Below are positions 1-11,422 of a stretch of 64,000 bases of DNA, one piece after another. Below the pieces are notes generated by a model. The model did not search any database and was not told the DNA's origin. It was given only the letters and a program-made list of their open reading frames with translations. The stretch spans positions 47,645-111,644 of the forward strand of contig CALXAB010000001.1 in NCBI GenBank assembly GCA_944386175.1. Reading direction: 5' to 3'. Source of the stretch: an uncultured Clostridia bacterium (lineage in GTDB: Bacteria > Bacillota > Clostridia > TANB77 > CAG-508). Position 1 is the first letter of the stretch, and the number at the start of each line of letters is the position of its first letter. Position numbers and translations under genes: made by a program.

Positions 1-112
1 AATTCCAAAGATTGTTTCTATTATGTATCCAAAGAAACTATAAATAATAAAATAGAAAAATATTTTCCATATGCTGTTTCCTAATATTGTTTTTTCTTTT
101 TTAGTTTCCATA
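1..112 (-). CDS. Partial CDS: N-terminus (about 37 aa, METKKEKTILGNSIWKIFFYFIIYSFFGYIIETIFGI...) of a hydrophobic membrane protein, running off the window edge
   Basis: ATG at 110-112 on the minus strand is preceded by the RBS AGGGGAA. The open frame continues to position 1 with a hydrophobic TM-like segment. Not in the ORF track because it is under 60 aa within the window. Confidence 0.3.
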
Positions 113-240
113 TTCCCCTCATTTCTTTTTTAGATTATATTATATTTAAAATGTAATGACAAGATATTATTATTAAATATTTTATAAAAAATTATTTTGC
201 GAAAAACTTTATTTACATAATATCATATTATATATAAAGG

Positions 241-843
241 TTGATTGAAAGGAGGAATGTATTCTTGGACTTAAAAGGAAAAAAAATAGGATTTGTACTT
301 ACTGGCTCGTTTTGCACATTTCAAAAAGTAATACCTAAAATGAAAGAATTAAAAAAATTAGAAGCGGAAATAATTCCAATTATGTCCTATAACAGTTATA
401 CTTTAGACACAAAATTTGGTAAAGCTAAAGATTTTATACAAGAAATCGAAAATATTAGTGAAAATGAAATAATTCATACAATACAAGGAGCTGAACCAAT
501 TGGTCCTAAAAAAATGACTGACATAATGATTATTGCTCCATGTTCTGGAAATACTATGGCAAAATTGGCTTGTGATATAATAGATACTCCAGCGGTAATG
601 GCTGCTAAGTCTCATTTAAGAAATGAAAGACCATTAGTAATTGCACCTTCTACTAATAATGGTCTAAGTGGAAATGCTGAAAATATAGGTAAATTATTAA
701 ATAGAAGAAATTATTATTTTGTGCCTTTCAGGCAAGATAACCCAATTACTAAACCTAGGTCTATAGTTTTTGATTCAGAATATATAATTAGAACTATAGA
801 GAGTGCTTTAAATGGAGAACAAATTAGTCCTATATTATTATAA
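241..843 (+). CDS. dpaB: Dipicolinate synthase subunit B (flavoprotein, SpoVFB/DpaB)
   Basis: The sequence LKGKKIGFVLTGSFCT...IAPCSGNTMAKLA...VIAPSTN matches the DpaB/flavoprotein family. GGAGG at 251-255 favours a TTG start at 265. No dpaA is adjacent upstream in the window. Confidence 0.8.
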   Translation: MIERRNVFLDLKGKKIGFVLTGSFCTFQKVIPKMKELKKLEAEIIPIMSYNSYTLDTKFGKAKDFIQEIENISENEIIHTIQGAEPIGPKKMTDIMIIAPCSGNTMAKLACDIIDTPAVMAAKSHLRNERPLVIAPSTNNGLSGNAENIGKLLNRRNYYFVPFRQDNPITKPRSIVFDSEYIIRTIESALNGEQISPILL

Positions 844-941
844 AATCTGTGCCAATTTTACGAAAATCAAAATTGTGTGCAATGGATTTTCTCTATTAGG
901 AAAAGTCAGCATGACTTTCCTAATAGATATCAAATCATTTA

Positions 942-2198
942 TTAAATTTGTAATAACTGTCCTGGATAGATTATATTAGGATTTTGAATCCCATTTATTC
1001 TAACCAAATAATTTACTGAAACTCCATATCTCCTTGCTATTGATGTTAAGGTATCTCCTCTTTTTACTACATATGTACTACTAATATTTTGTATAGGATT
1101 TAAATCCTGTATATTACTTTCTGTTATTCTAAGTTTTTGACCTGGATAAATTAAATTTGGGTTTTGTATGTTGTTTAATTCTACAATATGATTTACTGTT
1201 ACATTGTATGATTGTGCAATTCCTGACAATGTATTACCTCTTTGTACTGTATAAATTATATCGCCTGTACCTCTTGTTTCTTCTCCTCTAACTGTTGAAT
1301 TAGTTAATATTCTGATGGTTTGACCTGGAAAAATTAAATTTGGATTTTGTATATTGTTTATATTAGCAACCTCTTGGACAGTTGTTCCATATTTTCTTGC
1401 TATTTCCCATAATGTTTCTCCTCTTTTTATTGTATAATTTATAGTTTTAGTATTTGTTATTTCCTTTGGATTTTCTATTACAGGTATTTCTGAAACTTCA
1501 TCTAAAAATATTTCTTCTGAATATTTATCCATATCTACAAATCCATTTATTCCGCGTACTCTACCTCTATCTGAATATTGAATTCCTAAAAATTTTTCCC
1601 AGTTTGTTTGAATATTTTCTAGCTCTCTATAATCTCCATAATATGCAAGCCATAATCCATAATTTTCTGATAATTCTCTTCCAAATAAATTTTGTGCATT
1701 ACTTAGATCACTATACAAAATAACTTCTTTATTTGTTAGTCTTTTTGTAGTTTCTAAAAATACCTCTGCAATTTGGTTTATTTCTTCCACTCCTACTCCA
1801 CCAAATACTTCATAGTCTAATACTAATTTACAATCTGGAGCTTTATTAGCTATTACAGAAACAAAAAACCTCGCTTCTTCTATAGCTTGTTCTGTATTTG
1901 TCGCAGTTAAAAAATGATAAAATCCTACTTTTAGTCCATTAGCTTTTGCATTTTCATAGTTTATATCAAAATATGCATCTTTTATATTTGAACCTTGGCT
2001 TGCTTTTATATATACAACATCTACACCATCACTTTTTACTCCTTCATAATCTATGTATCCTTGCCAGTTACTAACATCAATTCCTTGATATTCTAAAGTT
2101 GATATTGGAGTTATTGCATATACAAAATTAGTATTCATGAATAATATGACTGTAATAATTACTAGAAAATTTAAAATAATACTTATTTTTTTCCTCAT
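942..2198 (-). CDS. Secreted GH25 family lysozyme (muramidase) with three C-terminal LysM repeats
   Basis: N-terminal signal peptide. GH25 signature GIDVSNWQG...[13 protein letters not shown]. Three repeats of the form YTVKRGDTL..IA..YGV....L...N (LysM). Confidence 0.8.
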   Translation of the reverse strand: MRKKISIILNFLVIITVILFMNTNFVYAITPISTLEYQGIDVSNWQGYIDYEGVKSDGVDVVYIKASQGSNIKDAYFDINYENAKANGLKVGFYHFLTATNTEQAIEEARFFVSVIANKAPDCKLVLDYEVFGGVGVEEINQIAEVFLETTKRLTNKEVILYSDLSNAQNLFGRELSENYGLWLAYYGDYRELENIQTNWEKFLGIQYSDRGRVRGINGFVDMDKYSEEIFLDEVSEIPVIENPKEITNTKTINYTIKRGETLWEIARKYGTTVQEVANINNIQNPNLIFPGQTIRILTNSTVRGEETRGTGDIIYTVQRGNTLSGIAQSYNVTVNHIVELNNIQNPNLIYPGQKLRITESNIQDLNPIQNISSTYVVKRGDTLTSIARRYGVSVNYLVRINGIQNPNIIYPGQLLQI

Positions 2199-2365
2199 AA
2201 AAAACCTCCATTACACATATTTAATTTATTATATGTAATAAAGGTTTTAGTGTTAATTTGCTGTATTAGTATTTGTAATATTTCATCAAATAAATCAATA
2301 CTATTTTTAGTTAAATTAATAGTTCTTTTTTTACTCATTTTATAATAATATTTAATGGTGATATT

Positions 2366-3877
2366 TTGAGAAAAGCTAAAGTTTTATTAATAAATGGATC
2401 AATACTTACAATATCAGCGCTTTTTATGCGTTTTGTTGGATTAGGTTTTAATGTTTATTTATCTAATAAATTAGGTGCTGAAACAATTGGAATTTTTACA
2501 TTAATTATGTCTGTTTATTTATTTTTCGTAACTATTGCTACTTCTGGCATTAGCATGGCTACTACTTGTATTGTGTCAGAAGAATTAGAAAAAAATAATA
2601 AACAAACAGCTTTTCAAAGTCTAAGAACTTCAATGAGTTTAAGCCTAACACTAGGTATAATCTCAGGTATTTTAATAATGCTTTTTTCCGATTTTATTAT
2701 TTCAGTTTGTTTAAATAATTTAGTTAGTAAAAAAATACTTTTCTATATAGCTATTGGGCTTCCTTTTATTGCTATGTCATCTTGCATTAATGGATATTTT
2801 TCTGCTATTAGAAAAGCTTATAAAACAGCTTTTGTGCAAAGTTTTGAACTTGTTTTTAAAATTATTGTAACAATAATTTTATTACCAAAATCTATTTCAA
2901 AAGGTGTTGAAGATATTTGTATTTCTTTAATTTTAGCTGATGTTATTGCTGAGATTGCTTCTTTTACTGTTATATATATTTGCTATTTATATGAAAAAAA
3001 TCGCTATTTTTCTTTTAGAAGTAGCTATGGCAATTTTAGAAGAATTGCTAAACTGTCTGTACCTGTTGCTTTGACTTCATATATACGTTCTGCTTTATCT
3101 ACAATAAAACAATTAATAATACCTACAAGACTTGAAAAATCTGGTCTTTCTTCTTCAATGTCTTTTGCTAGCTATGGAATTATCCAAGGTATGGTAATGC
3201 CTATTTTAGTTTTTCCTAATATATTTATAACTTCATTTAGTAATTTACTTATACCTGAATTTTCTAGATTTCATGCTACTAGCTCTAATAATAGATTGTC
3301 CATTATATGTGATAAAATATTTAAATTAACTTCTGTTTTTTCTATATGCGTATCTTTCATCTTCCTATTATTTGCAAATGAACTAAGTTTAGCAATATAT
3401 CAGAATTTAGAAAGTGCTACATGGATTAGGTTTTTATCACCTTTAGTATTTTTTATGTATATGGATACTGTAATAGACGGCGTTTTAAAAGGTATGCAAA
3501 AACAAGTTTTTGTTATGTTTGGAAATATTACAGATTTAATTGTTACTATTATTTTATTATACTTCTTACTACCTGTATTAGGCATTTGGGGATTCATCGT
3601 GTCTATCATAGTTAGTGAATTGTTGAATTTTACTATAAGTTTTATACAATTATGGAAACTTATAAAATTTAAAATAGATTTTAAAAATTATCTTTTAAAA
3701 CCTATTTTTGCTGGATTATTTAGTTACTTTATATTACATATATTTTCTTTAGTAAATACTAATTCTACTTTTACACTAATTATTACTATCGCATTTTTTT
3801 GTTGTTTTTATTTTATTGCATATATCTTACAAAATTTAAAGGATTTACCAATTTGGGGACGCGTCCAAAATTGGTAA
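2366..3877 (+). CDS. spoVB: Stage V sporulation protein B (MOP/MurJ-like polysaccharide flippase family)
   Basis: 503-aa polytopic membrane protein with N-terminus LGAETIGIF...TSGISMATTCIVSEE, typical of SpoVB/MOP flippases. Its stop abuts the spoIIIAH stop in a convergent arrangement. Confidence 0.65.
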   Translation: MRKAKVLLINGSILTISALFMRFVGLGFNVYLSNKLGAETIGIFTLIMSVYLFFVTIATSGISMATTCIVSEELEKNNKQTAFQSLRTSMSLSLTLGIISGILIMLFSDFIISVCLNNLVSKKILFYIAIGLPFIAMSSCINGYFSAIRKAYKTAFVQSFELVFKIIVTIILLPKSISKGVEDICISLILADVIAEIASFTVIYICYLYEKNRYFSFRSSYGNFRRIAKLSVPVALTSYIRSALSTIKQLIIPTRLEKSGLSSSMSFASYGIIQGMVMPILVFPNIFITSFSNLLIPEFSRFHATSSNNRLSIICDKIFKLTSVFSICVSFIFLLFANELSLAIYQNLESATWIRFLSPLVFFMYMDTVIDGVLKGMQKQVFVMFGNITDLIVTIILLYFLLPVLGIWGFIVSIIVSELLNFTISFIQLWKLIKFKIDFKNYLLKPIFAGLFSYFILHIFSLVNTNSTFTLIITIAFFCCFYFIAYILQNLKDLPIWGRVQNW

Positions 3878-4612
3878 TTATTTAGTAGCTATATGTATAT
3901 TTTCAATTGCTGCCTTCATTTCTCTTGAAATAATATTTTGAATTTGTGCAACTTCTTCTTGTTTTAATTCTTCTGCTTCAATTATTACACTTATACTATC
4001 TCCATTTACAAATACAATGTTATTTGAAAATCCCTTTGTTGTTATTAAATTTTCACAAATCATTATACTATTTTTAGTTTCATTTATTTTTGTTATTTCT
4101 TGTGTAGCTGTTTGTTTCTGAGTTTCTAATGAATTACTACTATTTAATACATTTTCATATGTTTCTATCATTTGTGAATACATTGTGTCTCTTTCTAATT
4201 TTGATTTTACAAAATAGTCATTATCATTATTATTTTGTTGAGTAGTACTTGTATTTATAGTTGTTTCATTTGTAGTTGAATTAGTATTTCCATCTGTATT
4301 TATAGTATTTTGATTCAATTGTGTGTTTTCTGTTAGAGCTGTTTCATTCGTACTATTTGATATTGTGTTTGTTTCTTCTTTTGATACTACATCATTACTA
4401 CTTACTAATTGTGCATCTCCTATATCCGCTAACTGTGTATCATCATTTGATTCCATTTGCATACTTGTTTCTAAATCTGTATTTTTTGTGTTTGTTGTAT
4501 AATTTAAATATCCTGCTGTAACTAACATTAAAGCTATAATATAAATAATAACTTGATTCTTTTTTAATATTTTTTTCATAGGCTTTCTCCTTAAAATATA
4601 TTTTTTGTTCAC
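3878..4612 (-). CDS. spoIIIAH: Stage III sporulation protein AH
   Basis: Last gene of the eight-gene spoIIIA operon. N-terminal TM segment, T/N/Q-rich linker, conserved C-terminal domain. Confidence 0.75.
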   Translation of the reverse strand: MNKKYILRRKPMKKILKKNQVIIYIIALMLVTAGYLNYTTNTKNTDLETSMQMESNDDTQLADIGDAQLVSSNDVVSKEETNTISNSTNETALTENTQLNQNTINTDGNTNSTTNETTINTSTTQQNNNDNDYFVKSKLERDTMYSQMIETYENVLNSSNSLETQKQTATQEITKINETKNSIMICENLITTKGFSNNIVFVNGDSISVIIEAEELKQEEVAQIQNIISREMKAAIENIHIATK

Positions 4613-4684
4613 TTACATATATAGAATTTGTTCATAAAATTTTTTTTTCTTAAATGAATTCTTATTTTTATTTTGTTTTTAATA

Positions 4685-5323
4685 TTAATTCATTTCAAAA
4701 ACTTGAATTTTATGTGTGGCAAGTCCTGTTACTGCTTCAACAGCCTGGATAATGCTTGTTTTTACTGTTGCGTCATTTGCTCCTTTTGCAGTAACTATTG
4801 CACCTTCAACTTTTGGCTGGACTATTTTTTGGGTTATGGGTGTTTTTTCTCCATTTTCTTCTTGATATATTACTTCTTTTTGTGAATCTGTTTCTTGAAT
4901 TTTCCTTGTCCCCCCTGATGTATCACTTTCTTCTGTGTTACTTACTTTTGAATTTTCATTATACATCGGTACTATTTCGTTTGATTCAGAATAATTTATA
5001 AAAACTTGTACATCTCCTACCCCTTTTATTTTTGTAAGTATTTGTTCTAGGCTTTCTTTTAGATTGCTATTAGTAGTGTTCTGTATATTATCATTCATGT
5101 TTATAGTATTATTAGTGTTATTTGATGCTAATTGTTTTGTAGATGTATTGTTAGTATTTTTACTGGTGTTTTTATTTCCATTCCATATTATATTTATTGC
5201 TACAATTGTTATTATAAGTATTATTAAAAATACAACTAAATTTTCAATTTTTCTTTTATTATTTCCTTCTTTTCCTTCCCCTTCTTCTTTGTTAAAGACG
5301 TTTTTTAATTTATCTCTAAACAT
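4685..5323 (-). CDS. spoIIIAG: Stage III sporulation protein AG
   Basis: Position in the spoIIIA operon. N-terminal TM, low-complexity linker, conserved C-terminal domain (GVGDVQVFINY...IVTAKG). Confidence 0.75.
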   Translation of the reverse strand: MFRDKLKNVFNKEEGEGKEGNNKRKIENLVVFLIILIITIVAINIIWNGNKNTSKNTNNTSTKQLASNNTNNTINMNDNIQNTTNSNLKESLEQILTKIKGVGDVQVFINYSESNEIVPMYNENSKVSNTEESDTSGGTRKIQETDSQKEVIYQEENGEKTPITQKIVQPKVEGAIVTAKGANDATVKTSIIQAVEAVTGLATHKIQVFEMN

Positions 5324-5955
5324 TTTTCACTCACCCCATATTCTTCTATTAAAAATTTTTTTATATTTTGAATATCTGCATTGGTAATTTTTATTGTATT
5401 TTCACTATTATTCGTTGTTTCATTATTATTTGTACTTTTACCATTATTTTCTGTTTTAGTTTCTATTGGTTTTATTTTTTGGACTTCTACAACTATTTTA
5501 TCTTCTATTGTATTATCTTGTTCTTTTTCGTTTTTCTGATTGTTTTCTCCTTTTTTTACATTTAATTTGATTTTTGTTATTTTTGTTTCTTCTTCTTCAT
5601 TTCCTATTTTAGCTTCTACATCACATTCTGTTACATCATATCCTTTTTCTTGCATTTTATTTTTTATATCTTTTTCTAATTCTTCTGAATATAATTGTAT
5701 TATTCTTTTATCCATAGAAGTTTGATCTACAGGTGTTGCTTGTGTTGTTTTATAATTTTCTAAATCTATATTTCCTATGTCCAATATTTCCTTATTCTTT
5801 ATGAATGGTGATATTATACTAAATAATATATATATTCCCATTATCATTCTTATATATTTTTTTGTTTTATTATTTGGTAACAACATTTCTAAAATAGACA
5901 CTATAACTATGGCTACTCCTAAACTTTTTGCCCATGAACTTAAAAATTCTACCAT
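5305..5955 (-). CDS. spoIIIAF: Stage III sporulation protein AF
   Basis: Position in the operon. Two N-terminal TM helices plus a charged C-terminal domain. Confidence 0.7.
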   Translation of the reverse strand: MVEFLSSWAKSLGVAIVIVSILEMLLPNNKTKKYIRMIMGIYILFSIISPFIKNKEILDIGNIDLENYKTTQATPVDQTSMDKRIIQLYSEELEKDIKNKMQEKGYDVTECDVEAKIGNEEEETKITKIKLNVKKGENNQKNEKEQDNTIEDKIVVEVQKIKPIETKTENNGKSTNNNETTNNSENTIKITNADIQNIKKFLIEEYGVSEKCLEIN

Positions 5956-5964
5956 TTTCTCTCC

Positions 5965-7137
5965 TTATCTATACATCATCCCTGTATTTGATATTTTTAA
6001 TACTAAGGCTGTTCCAATTATTAACAATACAGAAAGTGAGCATAATATTGCAAGAAAGATTTTAAATATATCTCCTATTTGTTCTAGTAAATCAACTATC
6101 TTGCTATCCGCTATTGGTTCTGTTACGGCCGACAGAATTTTGTATGCTATAGTAAGGATTGTAAGTTTTAATATTGGTATTATACATATCCCAACTACAA
6201 TAATTACTCCTACAAATCCAACTGCATTTTTTAATATTATTCCACATCCTAAAACTGTATCCACTGCGTCTCCTAATATTTTTCCTACTACAGGTATTGC
6301 TGAACTTACTACTGCTTTTGTAGTCTTAGCCGTTATTCCATCAACACTACTTGATAGAGTTCCCTCTAATGAAACCATTGCTACAAATACTGTTAATATA
6401 ATTCCTAGAAACCACACTATTCCTGATTTTAAAAATTTTGCAATTTTTCCTATTTGTACTTTATCAGATATTTTTGAAATTATTACTAAACTTACAACAA
6501 CTAGAACTAATGGTATTAAGATTGTTTGTATTATATTTCCTATAAAGTTTATTAGAAATAATGTTATTGGTTCTAATATTGTAGTTGTAGCTATACTTCC
6601 TGTATATATCATTAAAGTCATTAATAGTGGGACTAAAATATTCATAAATCCTACTAAATTATTGCTTGTATCTTGTACAATTTTTACTATGTCAGAAAAA
6701 TTGGACATTATTATTGTTATTATTAATATGTATTGAACATAATATATTATTTTTGATATATTATCATTTTCTAAGCCATCACTTATGGATTTTAATATAC
6801 TATGTATAATTATAATTGCTAATATTCCAGCTATTGCACCTAGTGCTGATGTGAATTCTTTTCCTAATAAATTTAATATTTTATTTATAATTGTATTGTT
6901 ATTTATCTCTCCTTTTAATGCATCTTGTAAAATTTTATTTATATCAATATCTTCAAAAAAATCTCCTGTGTATTGTTTTGACTCTTGTATAAAATTATTA
7001 ATTCCAAATTCTTCTTGTTGCTCTGTTAATGTCTGATTTTGATTATCAATTTCATTTGTATTTTCATTTGCATATATTTTTTGCATTGGAAAATTTATTA
7101 GTATTATAGTTATAAATAAACAAACTATTTTTCTCAT
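5965..7137 (-). CDS. spoIIIAE: Stage III sporulation protein AE (polytopic membrane protein)
   Basis: 390 aa, signal peptide plus multiple TM segments. Operon position between AD and AF. Confidence 0.8.
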   Translation of the reverse strand: MRKIVCLFITIILINFPMQKIYANENTNEIDNQNQTLTEQQEEFGINNFIQESKQYTGDFFEDIDINKILQDALKGEINNNTIINKILNLLGKEFTSALGAIAGILAIIIIHSILKSISDGLENDNISKIIYYVQYILIITIIMSNFSDIVKIVQDTSNNLVGFMNILVPLLMTLMIYTGSIATTTILEPITLFLINFIGNIIQTILIPLVLVVVSLVIISKISDKVQIGKIAKFLKSGIVWFLGIILTVFVAMVSLEGTLSSSVDGITAKTTKAVVSSAIPVVGKILGDAVDTVLGCGIILKNAVGFVGVIIVVGICIIPILKLTILTIAYKILSAVTEPIADSKIVDLLEQIGDIFKIFLAILCSLSVLLIIGTALVLKISNTGMMYR

Positions 7138-7149
7138 TAGTAGCTCCTT

Positions 7150-7554
7150 TTATGGTAATATTTTTAATACTATTTCTAACAATGCTGATATTATTGGAAT
7201 AGACATAGCTATAATTATTATTTTGCTTCCTATTTCTACTTTACTTGCAATTGCTGCTTCTCCTGCATCTCTACAAATACTTACTGCAAATTCTGCTAAA
7301 AATGCTATTCCTGTAATTTTTAATAGTAATGCAAGAAATTCTGTATTTATTGACGCCTTATTTGCTATAGAATTTAATAATTGTACTATGTCTGCTAGTT
7401 TGTCTGCAATTAATAAGATAATTACTATTCCTGTTAATATACTTACATATATAGCAAATTCTGGTCTATATTGTTTTAAAATTATAATTATTATTAGAGC
7501 AATCAGAGCAATACCAATAATTTTTATAATATCCATTTTGCTTGCTCCTTTCAT
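7150..7554 (-). CDS. spoIIIAD: Stage III sporulation protein AD
   Basis: 134-aa small membrane protein with the conserved SpoIIIAC/AD-like core. Operon position. Confidence 0.75.
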   Translation of the reverse strand: MKGASKMDIIKIIGIALIALIIIIILKQYRPEFAIYVSILTGIVIILLIADKLADIVQLLNSIANKASINTEFLALLLKITGIAFLAEFAVSICRDAGEAAIASKVEIGSKIIIIAMSIPIISALLEIVLKILP

Positions 7555-7604
7555 ATACTGCTTTTATCTCGTATAAGAAGAATCAAAGATTGTTATTACA
7601 TTTA

Positions 7605-7799
7605 TTATAGATTAAATATTGTCCTTACTGTATCAAATAATCCACTTATTTCTTTTATTACCATTGTTAATACTATTACTAATCCAGCTAAAGTCGTCAT
7701 CATTGCTTGGTCTTCTCTTCCCGCTCTTACTAAGACTTGGTGTAATACTGCTACTAGTATTCCTATTGCCGCTATTTTGAATAATAAATTTATATCCAT
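7605..7799 (-). CDS. spoIIIAC: Stage III sporulation protein AC
   Basis: 64-aa two-TM protein. Operon position. Confidence 0.75.
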   Translation of the reverse strand: MDINLLFKIAAIGILVAVLHQVLVRAGREDQAMMTTLAGLVIVLTMVIKEISGLFDTVRTIFNL

Positions 7800-7970
7800 A
7801 AACTTCTCTCCTTTGTAGGTTCTTTGTGAATTTTACTTATCATATTGACTATTTTCTTTTTGATTTTCTTTATTTTTGTTTTATATATTCTTTGATTTTT
7901 TATATTTTTGATTTACTAAATTTACATTAAAATTATTACTATTACTAAACCAATTGTTGTGCCTAATCTA

Positions 7971-8501
7971 CTATATAATTTTTCGTTTTTTACTTTTTCT
8001 TCTCCGTGCTTCTTTTATTTGACTCTCTAAGAAATTTTGTGTTATTTCTATTTGACTAACTTGTCCTTCTACATCTGTTTGTCCTAGTAATTTAGATAAG
8101 CTTTTTAATATGTTTATATCTTCTTTTTTTAAGTTTGTTTTATTTTCTTCAAGTATTTCATCTAATGTTTCTTCCCACGCAATAGTAGCTGTTAGAGTAT
8201 TCATTTTTTCTTTTGCTTTTGAAAAAATAAGACCTATATTTTTTCTTGTATTTTGTGATATTTCTTCAAATATTTCTGGTATTGGCTCATATGTAAATTT
8301 TATTTTGCTTTTGAATATGTTTAATGAATTTTGTATTTCTTCTAACTCTTCTAATCTATATACATATTTTTTTGATAAAAACTTTCCTATTAATGCTGAT
8401 ATTATAAATACTAAAAATAACATAAATATTTTTATCATTTCCATTTTTATCTCATTCCTTTCTGATGTATACTCTTTACTGGTTGTCCTTTTATATTTCA
8501 T
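7971..8501 (-). CDS. spoIIIAB: Stage III sporulation protein AB
   Basis: 176 aa, N-terminal TM. Sits directly downstream of spoIIIAA. Confidence 0.75.
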   Translation of the reverse strand: MKYKRTTSKEYTSERNEIKMEMIKIFMLFLVFIISALIGKFLSKKYVYRLEELEEIQNSLNIFKSKIKFTYEPIPEIFEEISQNTRKNIGLIFSKAKEKMNTLTATIAWEETLDEILEENKTNLKKEDINILKSLSKLLGQTDVEGQVSQIEITQNFLESQIKEARRRKSKKRKII

Positions 8502-8534
8502 ATATATTATATTCAGTTAATATTCTTATAGAAC

Positions 8535-9404
8535 CTATAAAAATATTATTTTTTCTATTTGCTTATTTTCTATTAATTTATATATTTCTTTATTATTTTT
8601 AACATCTTCTATATTTCGTCCATGCATTGTAAAAATTCCTTTTATTCCAGCTGTTGTTGCTTCTTGTATTGCTTCTATATCTTCTTTTGAGCCTATTTCA
8701 TCACATGCTATTATCTCTGGTGCCATTGTTCTTATCAAAATTTTCATTCCTTTATATTTAGATACATTTTCTATTACATCTGTCCTCATTCCTACATCAT
8801 TTTGTGGTATTCCTTTATACATTGCTGCAATTTCTCCTCTTTCGTCTACAACTCCACATGTTTTACCTTTAAAATTCAGATTTTCCATTCCATTGCTTAG
8901 TCTTCTTATTGTATCCCTTAATATTGTGGTTTTTCCTTTTCCTGGTGGTGATACTATTAATGTTGTAAAAATTGTATGATTTTCTATATCTAGTATTTCT
9001 TTTATAATTTTATTACTACAATTTAGTATTTGTCTTGCTATTCTAAAATTTAGACTTGTTATATATTTTAAATTTATTATTTTCCCATTTTCTTCTACTG
9101 CTGTTCCTGTAATTCCTACTCTATGTCCACCTTTTACAGTTATAAAACCTTCACATATTTGATTTTTGTATGCATATATGGAATTTTCACATATTTTTTC
9201 TAAAGTTTGAAGTATTTCTCTTTGATCTACTATATGATTTATTACAACATCTTCATATCTTAATTTTAAAATTATTGGTTTTTGTACTCTTATTCGTATT
9301 TCCTCTATGTTTTCTCTTATTATTTTATTGTCTTCAAATATATTTTTTAATATATTGTATATATCTATTGGGAAATACCTTATTACTTCATATATTCCAC
9401 TCAT
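8535..9404 (-). CDS. spoIIIAA: Stage III sporulation protein AA (secretion-type ATPase)
   Basis: Walker A motif PPGKGKTT. First gene of the spoIIIA operon. Confidence 0.85.
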   Translation of the reverse strand: MSGIYEVIRYFPIDIYNILKNIFEDNKIIRENIEEIRIRVQKPIILKLRYEDVVINHIVDQREILQTLEKICENSIYAYKNQICEGFITVKGGHRVGITGTAVEENGKIINLKYITSLNFRIARQILNCSNKIIKEILDIENHTIFTTLIVSPPGKGKTTILRDTIRRLSNGMENLNFKGKTCGVVDERGEIAAMYKGIPQNDVGMRTDVIENVSKYKGMKILIRTMAPEIIACDEIGSKEDIEAIQEATTAGIKGIFTMHGRNIEDVKNNKEIYKLIENKQIEKIIFL

Positions 9405-9553
9405 TTTTTCTCCTATTTTTTATTTATTTTATGTTTTTTTATATAACAATTTATTTATATGATATAAATTATATTTCATCACATTTAACACAAAAAAACA
9501 TATAATATTATTTTTCATAATATTATATGTTTTAGATTTTATTTTTAGAACTA

Positions 9554-11422
9554 TTATTTTTTATTTATAACTACTCTATATATAATTCCTGTGTCTGTAT
9601 CTTTTTCAAATTCTATTCTATAATAACTTTCTGGTTCTATTGAACTTTTTATAAATACTATATTTTGATCTGTTACTTCATATTCTGTACCATCAAAATT
9701 TATCTCTTTTATTTTTTGAGTTCCTTCTTCTTCATTATTTGTTTGAATTACTGTCAATAACCCTCTTGTTGTTGTTCCCATAGAGTTTGTACTTTGATAT
9801 GGTTCAAATTTAGCATTAAATGCTGATATCTCTATTCCTTCTAATTCTGATATAGAACTTTCTGCTATACTATTTGCAGAATTTAAGATTGACATAGTTG
9901 GGATAAATTTTAGTAATGGATTTTCTGTCTCACTAAGTCCTAATTCTTCCATTTGCTCTTTGTTTACTTGTGTAATCCTTTCTATTATTGAACTCATTAA
10001 ATTATCTACTTGTGATTGGTCATATTCACTTAATATTATCGCATTTCTGTTTGTCAATTCTTCTATATTGGCTGTTTCTACAAAATTTACTTTATTATTT
10101 AACTGATATTTATATGCTATTTTTTGTGTTTCTTCATTATCATTTTCACTAATGTTTGTGTTATTACTTTCAATTTCGCTACTTTCAGATCCATTTTCTA
10201 TATTTGTATCTTCTTCATTAGAAGTATTAGTATTTTCAAGTTCTGCATTTATATCCTCTTCGCTATTTAATTCATTATCTGTTGATTCATTCTCATCTTG
10301 ATATGATGTTTCTATATTTTTAGTTTTTGAATTCATAATATTTAATTCTAAAGTGTAAGTCTCTTCAATATTTTGTAATGAATTTAGTCCTTTATATTCC
10401 ATAGTAAAAACTATATTCTCATTATCTTCTATATTTGCTAAAGTTATTGAATATTTTAAATTTTCATCATCACTATTTTTTTCTATAATAAATGAGTTAT
10501 CATTATCTTTTATTTCAATCTTAGATAAACTATTATTGCTTGTATATAAAATAATATCAATACTATCATTTTGGTTGTTTGTATCCTCATTAAGCTCTAC
10601 AATAATATTATCTATATCAGCTGATGTAAGATTTGTAGAAAACATTTCATTTATATTACTTAATAATTGTTGATCATTTTTCAAATTTTCTAATAAAACA
10701 ATTTCTAAATCATTTAATTCTTGGTATGTTAAAGTCAATTTGTATCCATTATCAACTTTTGAAAATTTATCATCTGATAATCTCGAATTTATTATTTCAA
10801 TATATTTATCTAACTCAACTTTTAGTTGTTCTTTGTTAATAGTTTTTGATAATTCTAAATTCCCAATATTATTTGATAAATTACCTTGTACTTGTATATC
10901 TGATATATTTTCAGCTATATATTTACTTCCAATATATTTTGTTTGCACTCCCATAGTATCTGATAATTTTCTTACTGTAAGAGGGAAAACAACATCTGGA
11001 GAATAATTTATATTTATATTTTGTTCAAAATTTTTATTTTTTAAATCTAATATACCATCAAAAGATATGTTCATTTGATTTAATATTTCATATTCACTTT
11101 GATTTGCTTCATTTGTTACATTACACGTTAAATCTCCACTATTTTCATATGGTTCACTTATTATCTTATTATAATATTCTATTATATCATTCGAAATAAA
11201 TCCCTTTTTTTCATCTATTATTTGTGAAGCATACTCAAAAAATATTTGTTTTTTACTTCTAATTAAATCTGTTGCAAAATACATATATGCAACACCTGAT
11301 AAAATTAATATTAATAGTGTAACTATTATTAAAATTATCACTATTTTTTTGCTTTTGTTTGATTTCATAAAAAACCTCCATTGGAACAACTTATTATATT
11401 TTGATAATTTTATTCTTCCCAA
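9554..11422 (-). CDS. Hypothetical membrane-anchored protein with a long acidic low-complexity region
   Basis: The likely true start is the ATG at 11366-11368 (MKSNKSKK...), preceded by GGAGG with 7-nt spacing. One N-terminal TM helix. A D/E/N/S-rich segment is present. Confidence 0.5.
   Translation of the reverse strand: MGRIKLSKYNKLFQWRFFMKSNKSKKIVIILIIVTLLILILSGVAYMYFATDLIRSKKQIFFEYASQIIDEKKGFISNDIIEYYNKIISEPYENSGDLTCNVTNEANQSEYEILNQMNISFDGILDLKNKNFEQNININYSPDVVFPLTVRKLSDTMGVQTKYIGSKYIAENISDIQVQGNLSNNIGNLELSKTINKEQLKVELDKYIEIINSRLSDDKFSKVDNGYKLTLTYQELNDLEIVLLENLKNDQQLLSNINEMFSTNLTSADIDNIIVELNEDTNNQNDSIDIILYTSNNSLSKIEIKDNDNSFIIEKNSDDENLKYSITLANIEDNENIVFTMEYKGLNSLQNIEETYTLELNIMNSKTKNIETSYQDENESTDNELNSEEDINAELENTNTSNEEDTNIENGSESSEIESNNTNISENDNEETQKIAYKYQLNNKVNFVETANIEELTNRNAIILSEYDQSQVDNLMSSIIERITQVNKEQMEELGLSETENPLLKFIPTMSILNSANSIAESSISELEGIEISAFNAKFEPYQSTNSMGTTTRGLLTVIQTNNEEEGTQKIKEINFDGTEYEVTDQNIVFIKSSIEPESYYRIEFEKDTDTGIIYRVVINKK

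Noticed and set aside
5777-6736. A 319-aa plus-strand ORF and many other 60-140-aa ORFs antisense to annotated genes (for example 403-615, 1454-1723, 7223-7576, 40992-41726, 62308-63078)
   Set aside because: They are low-complexity I/F/L/N-rich translations of the AT-rich antisense strand. There are no RBSs or motifs, and they lie inside well-supported genes.
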